From the IMG/VR virus record IMGVR_UViG_2617271049_000009, positions 1 through 40,392 of that record: DNA of 40,392 nucleotides; one strand, 5' to 3'. Origin of the DNA: a virus. Taxonomy: Duplodnaviria > Heunggongvirae > Uroviricota > Caudoviricetes. Within the stretch, counting starts at the first letter, position 1. Each line of letters begins with the position of its first letter. Positions 18,870 to 28,333 of this stretch are shown here, piece by piece. The position numbers and the translations under genes are program-made. The notes under the pieces are model-generated. The model did not search any database, was not told the DNA's origin, and saw only the letters and a list, made by a program, of their open reading frames with translations.

Positions 18870-19556
18870 TTAGAAGTTCAGATTTTTCAGTGCATTCAGT
18901 GCAGAGCCCACATCCTCAGCGTCGCGCAGGGACAGTGCGCCATAGCCCCCGGCCATGAATGCTTTGGCCTGGGTACGGGAGAGTCCGACATCACGCAGGA
19001 CTCTTTCGATTTTTTTCTGTTCGGGGATTTCACCGCGGGCCAGTGCGTTCTTGACGTCGCTGATCCGCGCCTCGTCGTTAGACGGGAACGTCACCAGACT
19101 GACTTCCCAGAGGTCGATTTCTTTCAGCAGAAAGGCTTCTTTCGTCCGGTCGTATTCCCAGTCTTTCAGGACGTACCCAATAGAAAGGCCGGTTAACGAA
19201 CCGGCCTTCATGTGTGCATGTGCGCGTTTTGCGAGGGGATCATCATCAATAAGCAACCGTCCCCTGACGTAAAGCCCGACATCGTCTTCCTTCATTTCGG
19301 TGTAAACACCGATGGGTTCATCCATGCGGTGCTGCCAGAGCAGCGCAGGTAACGCTTTTCTGTCACTCCACGCCCGCAGGGAAGCAGCAAATGCCCCGGA
19401 CATCACCACATCATCGTGGCTGTCCTTTACACCAAAGACGGAGCCATACCCTTCAAACTCACCGGAGTCACTGACAGATTTCAGACTCAGCGGTACATCA
19501 AGACGTTGTTTCGTCTGCATTGGCGTTATCCTTCTGCTTACCGGCCTTACTGCCAT
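18870..19556 (-). CDS. prohead protease, HK97 family (alternative ATG at 19520)
   Basis: Position between portal and capsid; start overlaps the portal 3' end. Confidence 0.8.
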   Translation of the reverse strand: MAVRPVSRRITPMQTKQRLDVPLSLKSVSDSGEFEGYGSVFGVKDSHDDVVMSGAFAASLRAWSDRKALPALLWQHRMDEPIGVYTEMKEDDVGLYVRGRLLIDDDPLAKRAHAHMKAGSLTGLSIGYVLKDWEYDRTKEAFLLKEIDLWEVSLVTFPSNDEARISDVKNALARGEIPEQKKIERVLRDVGLSRTQAKAFMAGGYGALSLRDAEDVGSALNALKNLNF

Positions 19557-20739
19557 CGGAGGGTTTCGTGGTCATGTTCATCGGTGTGAGATAGACATCA
19601 CCACCGGGACGCGGATTCATATCTTCCAGGTCGCGGCAGTCATTGGGAGAGTAAATTCCCCAATTGATCCCGGTAGCGTAGGCTTCAAAACGGGACTTCA
19701 TATCCCCGCGCAGTAAGGCCCCGGCGTTAAATTTGGCGTAATAAACGCCCTGCTTACTTTTTCGTACCAGTCCGGTGTTGATCCGCTGCTCAATGCGGGT
19801 CAGATACGGCACCAGTGAATAGTTGATAAATCCCAGCCCCAGCTCTTCGATATTGTTGAAGGTGGCGCGATCGGTGTTCTGCACCATGTGCAATGGCACC
19901 CGGAACAGACGACAGATTTCTTCAAGCTGAAACTTGCGGGTTTCCAGGAACTGGCTGTCCTCGGCGTTCAGCGCCATCGACTTCCAGTCCAGCCCCATCT
20001 CAAGGATCATCGGGCGGTGAGCATTGCCAAGCCCGGTGTGACGCTCCTCAAAATCTTTCTTCAGGCGCTCGTAAGCCTGATCTGACAGCGTCTGCTCTGT
20101 ACGCAACACACCCGACGTCACCGCACCATTGCTGAACAGTCTGGCCCCGTGCTCTTCGGTCGCTGCCGCCAGCGATATTGCCTCGCGGGCATAGGCGATG
20201 GGATTCAGCCCCACCAGTCCGTCCAGCGTCAGTGTGCGCACATGCCAGATATCTTCCTGGCTCAGCACATCCGTGGAGCCGTCCGGGAATGTGACCTGAT
20301 AGACCGGCTCCCAGCTACTGTTAAGCTTCGGTACCACACAGCCGGGATCGACGGGCAGCAGTTCAGCCACTTCGCCAAATGCTTTCACTTTGTAGGCGTA
20401 AAAGTTTCCCCGCAGGCACAGACAGGTGACCACCAGCTCCCAAAACTCCTGCGGCGTCATATAGCCATTGGGATGCGTGGAAATCAGCTTATGCAGACGT
20501 TCGCCGGTGGCTCTCTGTTTCAGGTTGCCGTTCAGGTGATACAGGTTGCAGGGCAACATCCCGACCGACTCTGCCAGCACCCTGACGCAGGAAAAAACCG
20601 CCGTCAGTCGCATGGCCCGCTGACTGCTGATCTGCTTTCCGGTATAGGTGTCGTAGGACAGCCCGATAGCGTCCGCCAGCTCTGCTGGCGTGGTCACCGG
20701 TGCGTCACTTTTTCGTTGAAATAATCCCGAAAAGAACAC
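19498..20739 (-). CDS. portal protein, HK97 family (413 aa, GTG start)
   Basis: Size and position between large terminase and protease; apparent GTG start at 20739. Confidence 0.85.
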   Translation of the reverse strand: MFFSGLFQRKSDAPVTTPAELADAIGLSYDTYTGKQISSQRAMRLTAVFSCVRVLAESVGMLPCNLYHLNGNLKQRATGERLHKLISTHPNGYMTPQEFWELVVTCLCLRGNFYAYKVKAFGEVAELLPVDPGCVVPKLNSSWEPVYQVTFPDGSTDVLSQEDIWHVRTLTLDGLVGLNPIAYAREAISLAAATEEHGARLFSNGAVTSGVLRTEQTLSDQAYERLKKDFEERHTGLGNAHRPMILEMGLDWKSMALNAEDSQFLETRKFQLEEICRLFRVPLHMVQNTDRATFNNIEELGLGFINYSLVPYLTRIEQRINTGLVRKSKQGVYYAKFNAGALLRGDMKSRFEAYATGINWGIYSPNDCRDLEDMNPRPGGDVYLTPMNMTTKPSDGSKAGKQKDNANADETTS

Positions 20740-20921
20740 TATTTACCTCCGCCGACAGACGACTGTGTACGGTCGAGATATCGCGCCACCAGCCACGACC
20801 AGAACAGGCACAACGCCCCGGCAACAACAAACCCCGCCGGGGGATAAATCAGCCAGGCACCATACGCCAGCAAAAGCGCCCCCAGCACGCCCACCAGAGG
20901 CGCGAGAATCAGCATGATCAT
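20739..20921 (-). CDS. small hydrophobic protein (60 aa) between large terminase and portal
   Basis: ATG with GAGGT SD; two predicted membrane-spanning segments. Confidence 0.4.
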
Positions 20922-20932
20922 AATTACCTCAG

Positions 20933-22666
20933 TTAAAGCGAGCGGATCCCATAGGACTCAATGTGGTCAGACAGCGTGTCTTCTTTCTCGTACAGCATGG
21001 CTCTGCCAACCGCCATAATCAGCGCAACTGCACCATCGATTTTGTTTTCCGCCTGCTCTTTGACGGGCTTCACCACATCATCGTTACCCGGAATGGTTTT
21101 GCCGACCACGTTGCCGATACACCAGGTCATGATGGGATTGCCATCATGATGAAAGCGCCCCGATTCAATTGCCGCTTCCAGCTCTTTCATCGGGTCGGAC
21201 ATGTTGGTGTAGTTCTGAATGATAGTGATGGGGTTCAGGTCTTCATCAGCAAGGTCATGTGACAACCCGGTCGCCCCGAAGGGGTCAATGGGTGACTCAC
21301 TGACCGGGCTGATTTTGTTCGCCGCTTTGGCCTCTTCGAGGATGTAGCGATAATCCACCTCCGCACCATCGGTAACGGTCAGAACGCCCATTTCCACCCA
21401 TTTCTGAAAGCGTTCGGCTGTCCGTCGATCTTCATTTTTCTCGACGCTGTACACCGTGTCATACGGTACCCAGAAACGCGGGGCCACACTGTAGTAATGA
21501 GTTTTACCGTCAATCTCGCGGGTATAAAGTCGCGCCATGCTGTTCATATCCAGCTTACGCGCCAGGTCAAAGGCCAGAATGCACGGTTGCCCCTCGAACT
21601 GCTCAAGGGTCAGTGATTTATCCTCGCAGCTCTGCCAGCTCAACAGGTTGAAATACGCCGAACGCGCCGACACCCAGATATTGAGGTGTTTTGTTTTAAA
21701 GACGTTTGCCAGACGGGCGTTATTTTTCGCACGCTGCTGCTGACTTAACAAAAATTCGCGATAAACCGACACGCCAATATTCGGGTTAGCTTTTTCCAGC
21801 ACCTGCGGGTCGGTCCAGTCATCGCCTTCGTCAACGGTATAGATGATCCCGAACAATTCATCGTTGGGTACCGAACCGTTGAGCATCTCGATAACTTCCC
21901 GCCGCTTGTCGTAGCACGGCCCCTCAATGTTGTACCCGGCGGTGGTGATGGCCCACATCAGTGGCTGACGTCGCGCGCCCATCCCGGTAAGCATCGTGGT
22001 ATAAAGCGCATCGGTGGCGTGCTCGTGATATTCATCCACCACGGCACAGTGGGGTGATGAACCATCACCGGGGTTACCGATCAGCGGTTCAAACCGCGCG
22101 CCATCCTCCGGACGGTTCATGTTTGAGGCGTTAACCTCAATCCCGAACGCTTCCGTCAGCATGGGTGTGCGTTTACACATCAGTCGCGCCGGGCGAAAGA
22201 CTTCCCACGCCTGTTTCTCTGTCGTGGCACCGGAATACACTTCCGCGCCAAACTCGTTATCACAGGCAAAACAATACAGGGCAACACCGGCAGAGATTGC
22301 CGATTTGCCGTTCTTACGGGGGATTTCGGTATACACCTCCCTGAAGCGGCGCAGCCGGGAGCCTTTATTGACCCAGCCAAACGCACAGCAGATCACAAAG
22401 AGCTGCCACGGTTCCAGCGTGATGGGCATCCTCTTGAATGCCCACTCCCCCTTGGTGTGTGGCAACAGCTGAATAAATTTCGCGGCCCGTTCAGCCAGGT
22501 CCTTGTCGAAGCGGTAACGAAACGACTTATTTTTTTCCGCCATCAGGTCATCAAGATGGCGCTGGCAGGCCTGAATCACAAACTGGCAGGCCACAATCTT
22601 TCCGCGCACGACATCACGGGCATACTGATTGGCAGCATTTACGTTGGGGTAAGATTTCCGGCTCAT
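20933..22666 (-). CDS. terminase large subunit (577 aa)
   Basis: Walker A-like P-loop (PRKNGKS) in the N-terminal ATPase region, acidic nuclease-type C-terminal region; coupled to the small subunit upstream. Confidence 0.92.
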
Positions 22667-23157
22667 GATTCGATGATTTTCAGAAACGGGTTAGTGGCTT
22701 TCTTCTGCCCCGCCAGGCCAATCAGACGCTGGCGGCTGCTGGGGTCGAGTCCGAGCATTGCCCCCGTGCTGCTCATCTCGGACTCCTGTTCTTTCTTAGC
22801 GGTCAGCTCCGGATTTTTGACCATACCGCCCATTGCACCGGTGATGGTGTTGCCCTGTCTGGCAATATTTTTCACGGCACGTCGCCAGAACTCATAGGCC
22901 ACGCACCACCGCTCAAGTACCGCTAGGTCAGTCACGCACAGCAGGCCCTGACCGCAGAGTTCTTTGGTTGTCAGTTGCCACATGATCGTGGCGAGAGGGA
23001 GATCCTCTTCAGCGAACCACTCCGGTGGCTCAACACCTTTGATGGGCGTAAAAACAGGTTCATCTTTGTTCAGGGCTCGCTTGCCGGGGTTTCCGGACAG
23101 CGCCTTGCGCGCCGTTGGCTTGGGGCGACGCCCGGAACGCCCCGCCGTTCCAGCCAT
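22663..23157 (-). CDS. terminase small subunit, P27-like (ATG at 23157; ORF reaches a GTG at 23166)
   Basis: Basic N-terminus, size ~165 aa, directly upstream of and overlapping the large terminase start. Confidence 0.8.
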   Translation of the reverse strand: MAGTAGRSGRRPKPTARKALSGNPGKRALNKDEPVFTPIKGVEPPEWFAEEDLPLATIMWQLTTKELCGQGLLCVTDLAVLERWCVAYEFWRRAVKNIARQGNTITGAMGGMVKNPELTAKKEQESEMSSTGAMLGLDPSSRQRLIGLAGQKKATNPFLKIIES

Positions 23158-23282
23158 ATGCGGCACTCCTGGTTAAATTTCATTTTTCGCGGGTATAAAA
23201 AAACGATGGGGCGGGCAGTCCGGAAGACGTCAGGCTGCAGGGATTTGACCCGCCCCTCCCCTCAGACAGTTGAGAATTATTA

Positions 23283-23633
23283 TCACTTTAACCGTTCACG
23301 GGCCGTCTTCGCCTTATGACACGGCCAGCACAGACTCTGCAGATTACTGTCAGCATCAGTGCCGCCATGCGCTTTAGGGATGATGTGGTCAACAGTTTTC
23401 GCCTCACGCACCACACCAGCACGCAGACATAATTGACACAGGCCTTTGTCACGCTTCAGAACACGCGCGCGGATACTGTCCCACTTCGAACCGTAGCCGC
23501 GCTGATGACGGGATTGTCCAGGTTTGTATTGCTTCCAGCCTTCGCTTTTGTGGCTTTCGCAGTAGCCTGAAGGGTCAGTAGTGGTATGGCGGCAGCCGCG
23601 AACACGGCAGGCTTTCGGGGTTCGTGGCGGCAT
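23283..23633 (-). CDS. HNH endonuclease, terminase-associated (116 aa)
   Basis: Cys pairs (CRVRGC...CESH; CQLC...CWPCH) and DHIIP...H...N motif typical of HNH; located just upstream of the terminase genes. Confidence 0.85.
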   Translation of the reverse strand: MPPRTPKACRVRGCRHTTTDPSGYCESHKSEGWKQYKPGQSRHQRGYGSKWDSIRARVLKRDKGLCQLCLRAGVVREAKTVDHIIPKAHGGTDADSNLQSLCWPCHKAKTARERLK

Positions 23634-23683
23634 TAATGCTTCCCTTTAAGTTATTACGATGGAACAGACCATAGAAATGGCAA

Positions 23684-23708
23684 TAAAAAACCGCCCGGAG
23701 GCGGTTCA
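23684..23708 (-). terminator. Rho-independent terminator downstream of the 106-aa gene
   Basis: Minus-strand reading CCGCCTCCGGGCGG followed by TTTTTT. Confidence 0.6.
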
Positions 23709-23725
23709 ATTATCATCTCGATAAA

Positions 23726-24046
23726 CTAAATCAGATCACCAATGTATTTTGCACTAATTGAAATTTGCATCTGAGGCATTCCGACCACAGATCCATTTAA
23801 CAGGTAATCACGTCCTCGTTCCTGCAAAGAAAGACTCAATTCAAAGTTCTTTACCCCAGGGAAAACCGAGGTGACATTTAAATCATGCTGCGATACGCGC
23901 AGAATAAGTTGGCTACCGTCAATTTTTCCCTGATACGTAAAACCAAAATCTCCGCCGTTTACTGCATTGTTTTTGACAACTACGGTACCATTACCAAAAT
24001 CACGTTGATTGCTTCTGAAAACAACAAAATAGATACCATCTTTCAT
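23726..24046 (-). CDS. hypothetical protein (106 aa) between the lysis cassette and HNH
   Basis: ATG-initiated ORF with its own downstream terminator; AT-rich relative to neighbours. Confidence 0.5.
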   Translation of the reverse strand: MKDGIYFVVFRSNQRDFGNGTVVVKNNAVNGGDFGFTYQGKIDGSQLILRVSQHDLNVTSVFPGVKNFELSLSLQERGRDYLLNGSVVGMPQMQISISAKYIGDLI

Positions 24047-24138
24047 GTGTAAAGCCCTTTAAAAGAGTCACCAAAATCAGGTGCTTTGTATCTATTGGGC
24101 CATCACATATCAAATCAAGGAACAAAACAAAGTTAACA

Positions 24139-24408
24139 TCATTTTTTTTGCATGATGTGACCACGCTCAACTTCAATCCTTCTGATGTCAGCTTTATCGG
24201 TATTACACTGCGCCAATGCAGACAACAAGGCGACATTCAGATCTAAGCTCGAGCCCCACGTAAAATGATCAGGTAAATCAGGCTGAGGGGTTTCAGCCGT
24301 CAGGCTGGCTGGTAACGGAACTACCGGAACCTGGACGTAAACTGTTCGCGTACTTCCGCAACCGGTCAGCAGCGGCAGCAGGCACAGGACGTGAAGCACA
24401 ATCATCAT
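24139..24408 (-). CDS. o-spanin Rz1-like lipoprotein, overlapping the 3' part of Rz in another frame
   Basis: Signal peptide with lipobox LLTGC followed by a Pro-rich segment; starts inside the Rz gene and extends beyond its stop. Confidence 0.55.
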   Translation of the reverse strand: MMIVLHVLCLLPLLTGCGSTRTVYVQVPVVPLPASLTAETPQPDLPDHFTWGSSLDLNVALLSALAQCNTDKADIRRIEVERGHIMQKK

Positions 24409-24685
24409 CCGCAACAGCCACTTTGATATCTTCCTGGGTTCTCTGTGACTCCAGTGCGATCTGCTGTTTTGCATGTTGATTCGCCTCCTGAATGATGTTC
24501 GTTATTGCCATAGTACGCAGAACATTCGCGGTGATAGCCTCAGTAGAATCAGCTCGCTGTTCCGCAGCATCAGCACGCTTCTGCTCATCCAGAAACTTTC
24601 CATGATAGTGATTCGCTGACCAGACAAGACCACCAGCGACACAAGCAATAAACGTTAAAATGAGCGCCCAATAACTCATCTTCAT
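24293..24685 (-). CDS. i-spanin Rz-like protein (130 aa)
   Basis: N-terminal transmembrane helix then charged coiled-coil region; immediately downstream of the endolysin with start/stop overlap. Confidence 0.7.
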   Translation of the reverse strand: MKMSYWALILTFIACVAGGLVWSANHYHGKFLDEQKRADAAEQRADSTEAITANVLRTMAITNIIQEANQHAKQQIALESQRTQEDIKVAVADDDCASRPVPAAAADRLRKYANSLRPGSGSSVTSQPDG

Positions 24686-25296
24686 ACCAGCAGCGCCGCC
24701 CGCGCCTTGTTGTATCGGACCTTACGATCCTCAATACCGTTCAAACCGCCGTTAATGATGCGCGTAACACGGTTAATATCGGCACCGTAGATCATGCAAC
24801 CTTTAGAGGTGTAGAACCATGCAGCTGAGCGCGCAGCCTGTAGTTCCTGTTCCAGTTGTTCAGGTGAAGTCACCAGATCTAACTTCAGCGCCGCGCCACA
24901 GATGCGATAATTATGGAGGCCAGTGATTTGAATTAATCCTCTACCACGATATTTCCAGCCATCACCTGGTGCTTTGTTACCCAGTCGGTTGCTATACACC
25001 AGATTGGCAATAGCATCCTGACGAGCTGCATGTCCGGATGTTCTGCCAAGGGCATCAGCCTGCTGCTGTGTGATCCTCTTTCCGAACGTCGCCACAAGCG
25101 CAGATGGTGTGTAGTTAAGATTTTCAACTACGGCGCTAAACCCCATCGACTCATGGCCTACCTGAGCGATAAACATTGCCTGATCCGCTGGTGCTGTAAT
25201 GCCGAATTCCTTCATCGCCGCATCAATGTGCGGAAACCAGCGCGCAGCCAGCCCGGCGCTAATACCAGCCGCCTTTTGAAATAATTGTTGGTTCAT
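24682..25296 (-). CDS. endolysin (lysozyme/chitinase-like glycoside hydrolase, 204 aa)
   Basis: Position after holin genes; sequence pattern recalled as family-19 type lysozyme (GRGLIQITG). Confidence 0.8.
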   Translation of the reverse strand: MNQQLFQKAAGISAGLAARWFPHIDAAMKEFGITAPADQAMFIAQVGHESMGFSAVVENLNYTPSALVATFGKRITQQQADALGRTSGHAARQDAIANLVYSNRLGNKAPGDGWKYRGRGLIQITGLHNYRICGAALKLDLVTSPEQLEQELQAARSAAWFYTSKGCMIYGADINRVTRIINGGLNGIEDRKVRYNKARAALLV

Positions 25297-25577
25297 TAGT
25301 GCCTCAGATGATCAACCAGACGTGCAACGTTGCCTCTGACAGCCACCAGCACGGAAAGAAAAATAGTGTTCGCCACGATAATGGGCCATGAGGAATGGGG
25401 ATAAATCCCACAGAGATAGGCCAACGGAACAGCACTGTATGTAACAGTAATCAGCCAGGCTAAACGTGAAACCCAAGGACGATGCCGCGAATCACCACGA
25501 CGATAAAACATCAGAGTAATAACAACACAAGCACATAACAGCGCATTTATAGTTGCTGTCGGGTCATTTAGCTCCAC
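25296..25577 (-). CDS. holin or antiholin-like membrane protein (93 aa, GTG start)
   Basis: Three hydrophobic segments; between the first holin-like gene and the endolysin. Confidence 0.55.
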   Translation of the reverse strand: MELNDPTATINALLCACVVITLMFYRRGDSRHRPWVSRLAWLITVTYSAVPLAYLCGIYPHSSWPIIVANTIFLSVLVAVRGNVARLVDHLRH

Positions 25578-25950
25578 CTGAACCTCCCCGGCGCGTTATG
25601 AGCGCCACCAGCGAGCCGATATCCTGATTATTCAGGAACGTCAGGATTTTAACGGCTAAAGCAGAGACGATTACGGCACCAATAGCATCCAGAGGTTTAT
25701 CACTGTATCCGGTCAAGTTCGCCAGCTTGGAGCCAACCAACCCAGAGCAAAGAATCCCGGCAATATATGACACGATAAAATATGCCAGTCGGCGCGATGC
25801 ACTCAGATCTGCAGCTGTTGCTATGTAGAATACAGCCCCTGCAAATGCGCCAAATACAACGCCGTAATCAGTTCCGGTCAGCAGTCCATAAACACTGGCA
25901 CCCGTCAGGGCACCACCAGCCAGCCCAGTACCGGAAATCGGATCGGACAT
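25564..25950 (-). CDS. putative holin (128 aa)
   Basis: Gly/Ala-rich multi-pass membrane protein, first gene of the lysis cassette. Confidence 0.6.
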   Translation of the reverse strand: MSDPISGTGLAGGALTGASVYGLLTGTDYGVVFGAFAGAVFYIATAADLSASRRLAYFIVSYIAGILCSGLVGSKLANLTGYSDKPLDAIGAVIVSALAVKILTFLNNQDIGSLVALITRRGGSGGAK

Positions 25951-26000
25951 TTAGCCCCCTCTTAATTGCTGTTGGTCCTCTCAGAACGAGGGGAAACAAA

Positions 26001-26030
26001 AAAGGCCGCATTAAGGCGGCCTTGGTAAGG
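26001..26030 (-). terminator. Rho-independent terminator downstream of the 198-aa moron gene
   Basis: Minus-strand reading AAGGCCGCCTTAATGCGGCCTT followed by TTTTGTTT. Confidence 0.6.
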
Positions 26031-26040
26031 TATAGTTTTT

Positions 26041-26637
26041 TTAAGATAAACTTTGATTGATATACTCATGACACCCAAAAATAAAGGCGTTTTGTGCATC
26101 AATAAATGACTTTTTTTCTTCCGGAGTAAAATACCCTTTTGTAAAACATACTTTTAGCGCTTTTTGAAGATCTGCCGTCAGGGTTATCAACTTACAACCT
26201 TCCTCATCAGGCCTTATTAATAGAAGTAATTTATTTTTACTTATTTCAGCGGCCTTTATTGGAACTTGAATCTCCTCAGGGAAAACACCCTTAGCCAATA
26301 TATCCATATTCTTATTTCCGACCAGATGCCATTGCTCAAATGTGCTGGCCAACATAATTACGTCTGTCACATGCTCAGCGCCAGCAAAACGTATTTGTTG
26401 CGCCAATTCTTTATTAGTATTCAAGTGAGCCTGTAATGTGGCTAAGGCAAAATTTTCTTTGATTGCCCTGTATGCAACCCAACCAGTTATTCCTGCGGCA
26501 ATAACGCCTGCAAGAGCAGTAATGAGTGTTTCAAAAGGAAAGGAAGAACTGATTTCAATTGGCGGTAATTTTTCTATTACCAAGGTCAACTCGCCAGTAG
26601 TTTTTTCGAAAGCGTACGGTACGTTTTGCCAAGTCAT
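26041..26637 (-). CDS. hypothetical membrane-anchored protein (198 aa) in the Q-to-lysis moron position
   Basis: ATG with strong AGGAGG SD; one predicted TM helix (ITALAGVIAAGITGWVAY); markedly AT-rich; flanked by terminators on both sides. Confidence 0.65.
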   Translation of the reverse strand: MTWQNVPYAFEKTTGELTLVIEKLPPIEISSSFPFETLITALAGVIAAGITGWVAYRAIKENFALATLQAHLNTNKELAQQIRFAGAEHVTDVIMLASTFEQWHLVGNKNMDILAKGVFPEEIQVPIKAAEISKNKLLLLIRPDEEGCKLITLTADLQKALKVCFTKGYFTPEEKKSFIDAQNAFIFGCHEYINQSLS

Positions 26638-26664
26638 GAAGCCTCCTGAGTTTCAGAGGAATCA

Positions 26665-26697
26665 TAACAAAAAAACCCGCTCAATGGCGGGCTCTTA
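26665..26697 (-). terminator. Rho-independent terminator just downstream of Q (tR'-like)
   Basis: Minus-strand reading GCCCGCCATTGAGCGGG followed by TTTTTTT, then the SD and ATG of the 198-aa gene. Confidence 0.6.
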
Positions 26698-26743
26698 ATG
26701 TTGTGTTGCTCAGTTCGCTTTAACGTCCCGAGCCTACCACAAT

Positions 26744-27322
26744 TTAAGCACTTTCTTGCTCACTCTGCAACTTAAATCTGTCGCTATTTGTGCCGAATGC
26801 GTCACAAACTGGAGCGTACAGGATCGATTCTGCAAGACTTAGCCAAGTGTCAATGCGTCGACGACAGGTGATCAGCGGCCAGTCAGGATGTTTAGCCTGC
26901 AGTTCATTGGCCATCTGCAACTTGCTCTTACGAAGACGATACCGGTCAACAATCACGCTATAGAGCGATCGGTAGTCATCATTCATCAGTACTGAAGCAA
27001 TGACACCGTCCACTAACAACCCTTCTTCATCTGAACAGAACGCCAGGCCGCTTTTATTTTTGCTGTTGAGAATTTCACGCAGGTACGCTTCAAGTTCAGG
27101 CTTGGTGATACCCGCTATCTTCATCCGGCGTAGCGCTTCATTGATAGCTGTCTTGGTGATTTTCCCGGATGCCAGAAGCTGGTTAAACATGTTTCCACCA
27201 CTACCACCGCCGATATAAGACCAGCGGCCCCACATGCGCAACTTGCCTTGTATCCAGATACTTTCCAGAGTACGAAGGCGAACCATTTCACCTGATTTGC
27301 CAACTTCAGAAGGATTAATCAT
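26744..27322 (-). CDS. late-gene antitermination protein Q-like (192 aa)
   Basis: Position immediately upstream of the lysis region and terminator; LRMWGRW motif recalled from Q-family antiterminators. Confidence 0.65.
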   Translation of the reverse strand: MINPSEVGKSGEMVRLRTLESIWIQGKLRMWGRWSYIGGGSGGNMFNQLLASGKITKTAINEALRRMKIAGITKPELEAYLREILNSKNKSGLAFCSDEEGLLVDGVIASVLMNDDYRSLYSVIVDRYRLRKSKLQMANELQAKHPDWPLITCRRRIDTWLSLAESILYAPVCDAFGTNSDRFKLQSEQESA

Positions 27323-27336
27323 TTAGCATTCTCCAC

Positions 27337-28332
27337 TTACGCCAGTACGCCTATTGCCAGCGCACGATCGATAAAACGAAATATCAGCTCCAGCTGGGAG
27401 CCATACTTCTCTTCAAATGCCACGGTATCCGCATGCAGCTCGTCGTGATGCTTTCTGCACAAAGGCAACACAAAGAGGTCATGCGCTTTTGTACCCATTC
27501 CACCCTGACCGTGACCTATCAGGTGGTGGGGATCATCAGCAGGCTTTCCACAACATGCACACGGCTGTGTCTTAACCCAGCGCGTGTACTTTTCATTAAC
27601 CCAGCGGCGACGTTTGGGGCGTAACATAAAAGACTCCGGCGACTCCGGATCCACTTTCAGCGCCAGCACCTTTTTCGCCTTATCCTGGATGATGCTGGTG
27701 GCAGGAACCGAAGGCACAAGGTCACTTTCCCGGGTGACAGACTGCACAACAGGCTTCGGTAATCTCAGTGCCTTACGGGCTGCACTTTCCGGTAAGGCAT
27801 CTGCCAGATCATTACGAATCAGCCACCAGCACAGTTCCGGCATTGTCACAACGTGACTATCATCAAAACCGAGATCCCGACGCACAACAGACAACACCCA
27901 GCGGGCACAGTTATCCGTTGCCATTGATTCCAGCCGTTCCGTGAACTGATCGCGCAGCTGGTTATCGCAGTGCCAGCACAGACGGATTGCGCCCGGAGCG
28001 TGTCGCATTGTGGTCATGTTCTCGCTGTGCCAGTCGGAATGAGGCCACTGGCAGCCTTTTTCACGAAGTAACCAGCTTTCAAGACATTCCACGCCACCAG
28101 CACGACGGATCACTGCCTCATTGCGGAACACGGCCCGAACGGCAGGAGCATCCGCCAGCGGTTGTGATGCCGCCGGAACAGCACCACTGGCGAAAGATGA
28201 ATAACGTTCCGGCTCAGGCTCCAGCAGGACACGCCCCTGCATAAACAAGGGCATCAGCTCTGAACCTGGCCTGAACAATACGATCCCCATACGCGGGGCA
28301 ATTTCAGGGGTCAGTAGTGCTCTCACGGTCAC
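27337..28332 (-). CDS. DUF968-like phage protein with C-terminal Cys/His cluster (331 aa, GTG start)
   Basis: C-terminal CACCGKPADDPHHLIGHG...CRKHHDELH metal-binding-type motif; located in the nin-like region. Confidence 0.55.
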   Translation of the reverse strand: MTVRALLTPEIAPRMGIVLFRPGSELMPLFMQGRVLLEPEPERYSSFASGAVPAASQPLADAPAVRAVFRNEAVIRRAGGVECLESWLLREKGCQWPHSDWHSENMTTMRHAPGAIRLCWHCDNQLRDQFTERLESMATDNCARWVLSVVRRDLGFDDSHVVTMPELCWWLIRNDLADALPESAARKALRLPKPVVQSVTRESDLVPSVPATSIIQDKAKKVLALKVDPESPESFMLRPKRRRWVNEKYTRWVKTQPCACCGKPADDPHHLIGHGQGGMGTKAHDLFVLPLCRKHHDELHADTVAFEEKYGSQLELIFRFIDRALAIGVLA

Positions 28333-28333
28333 C

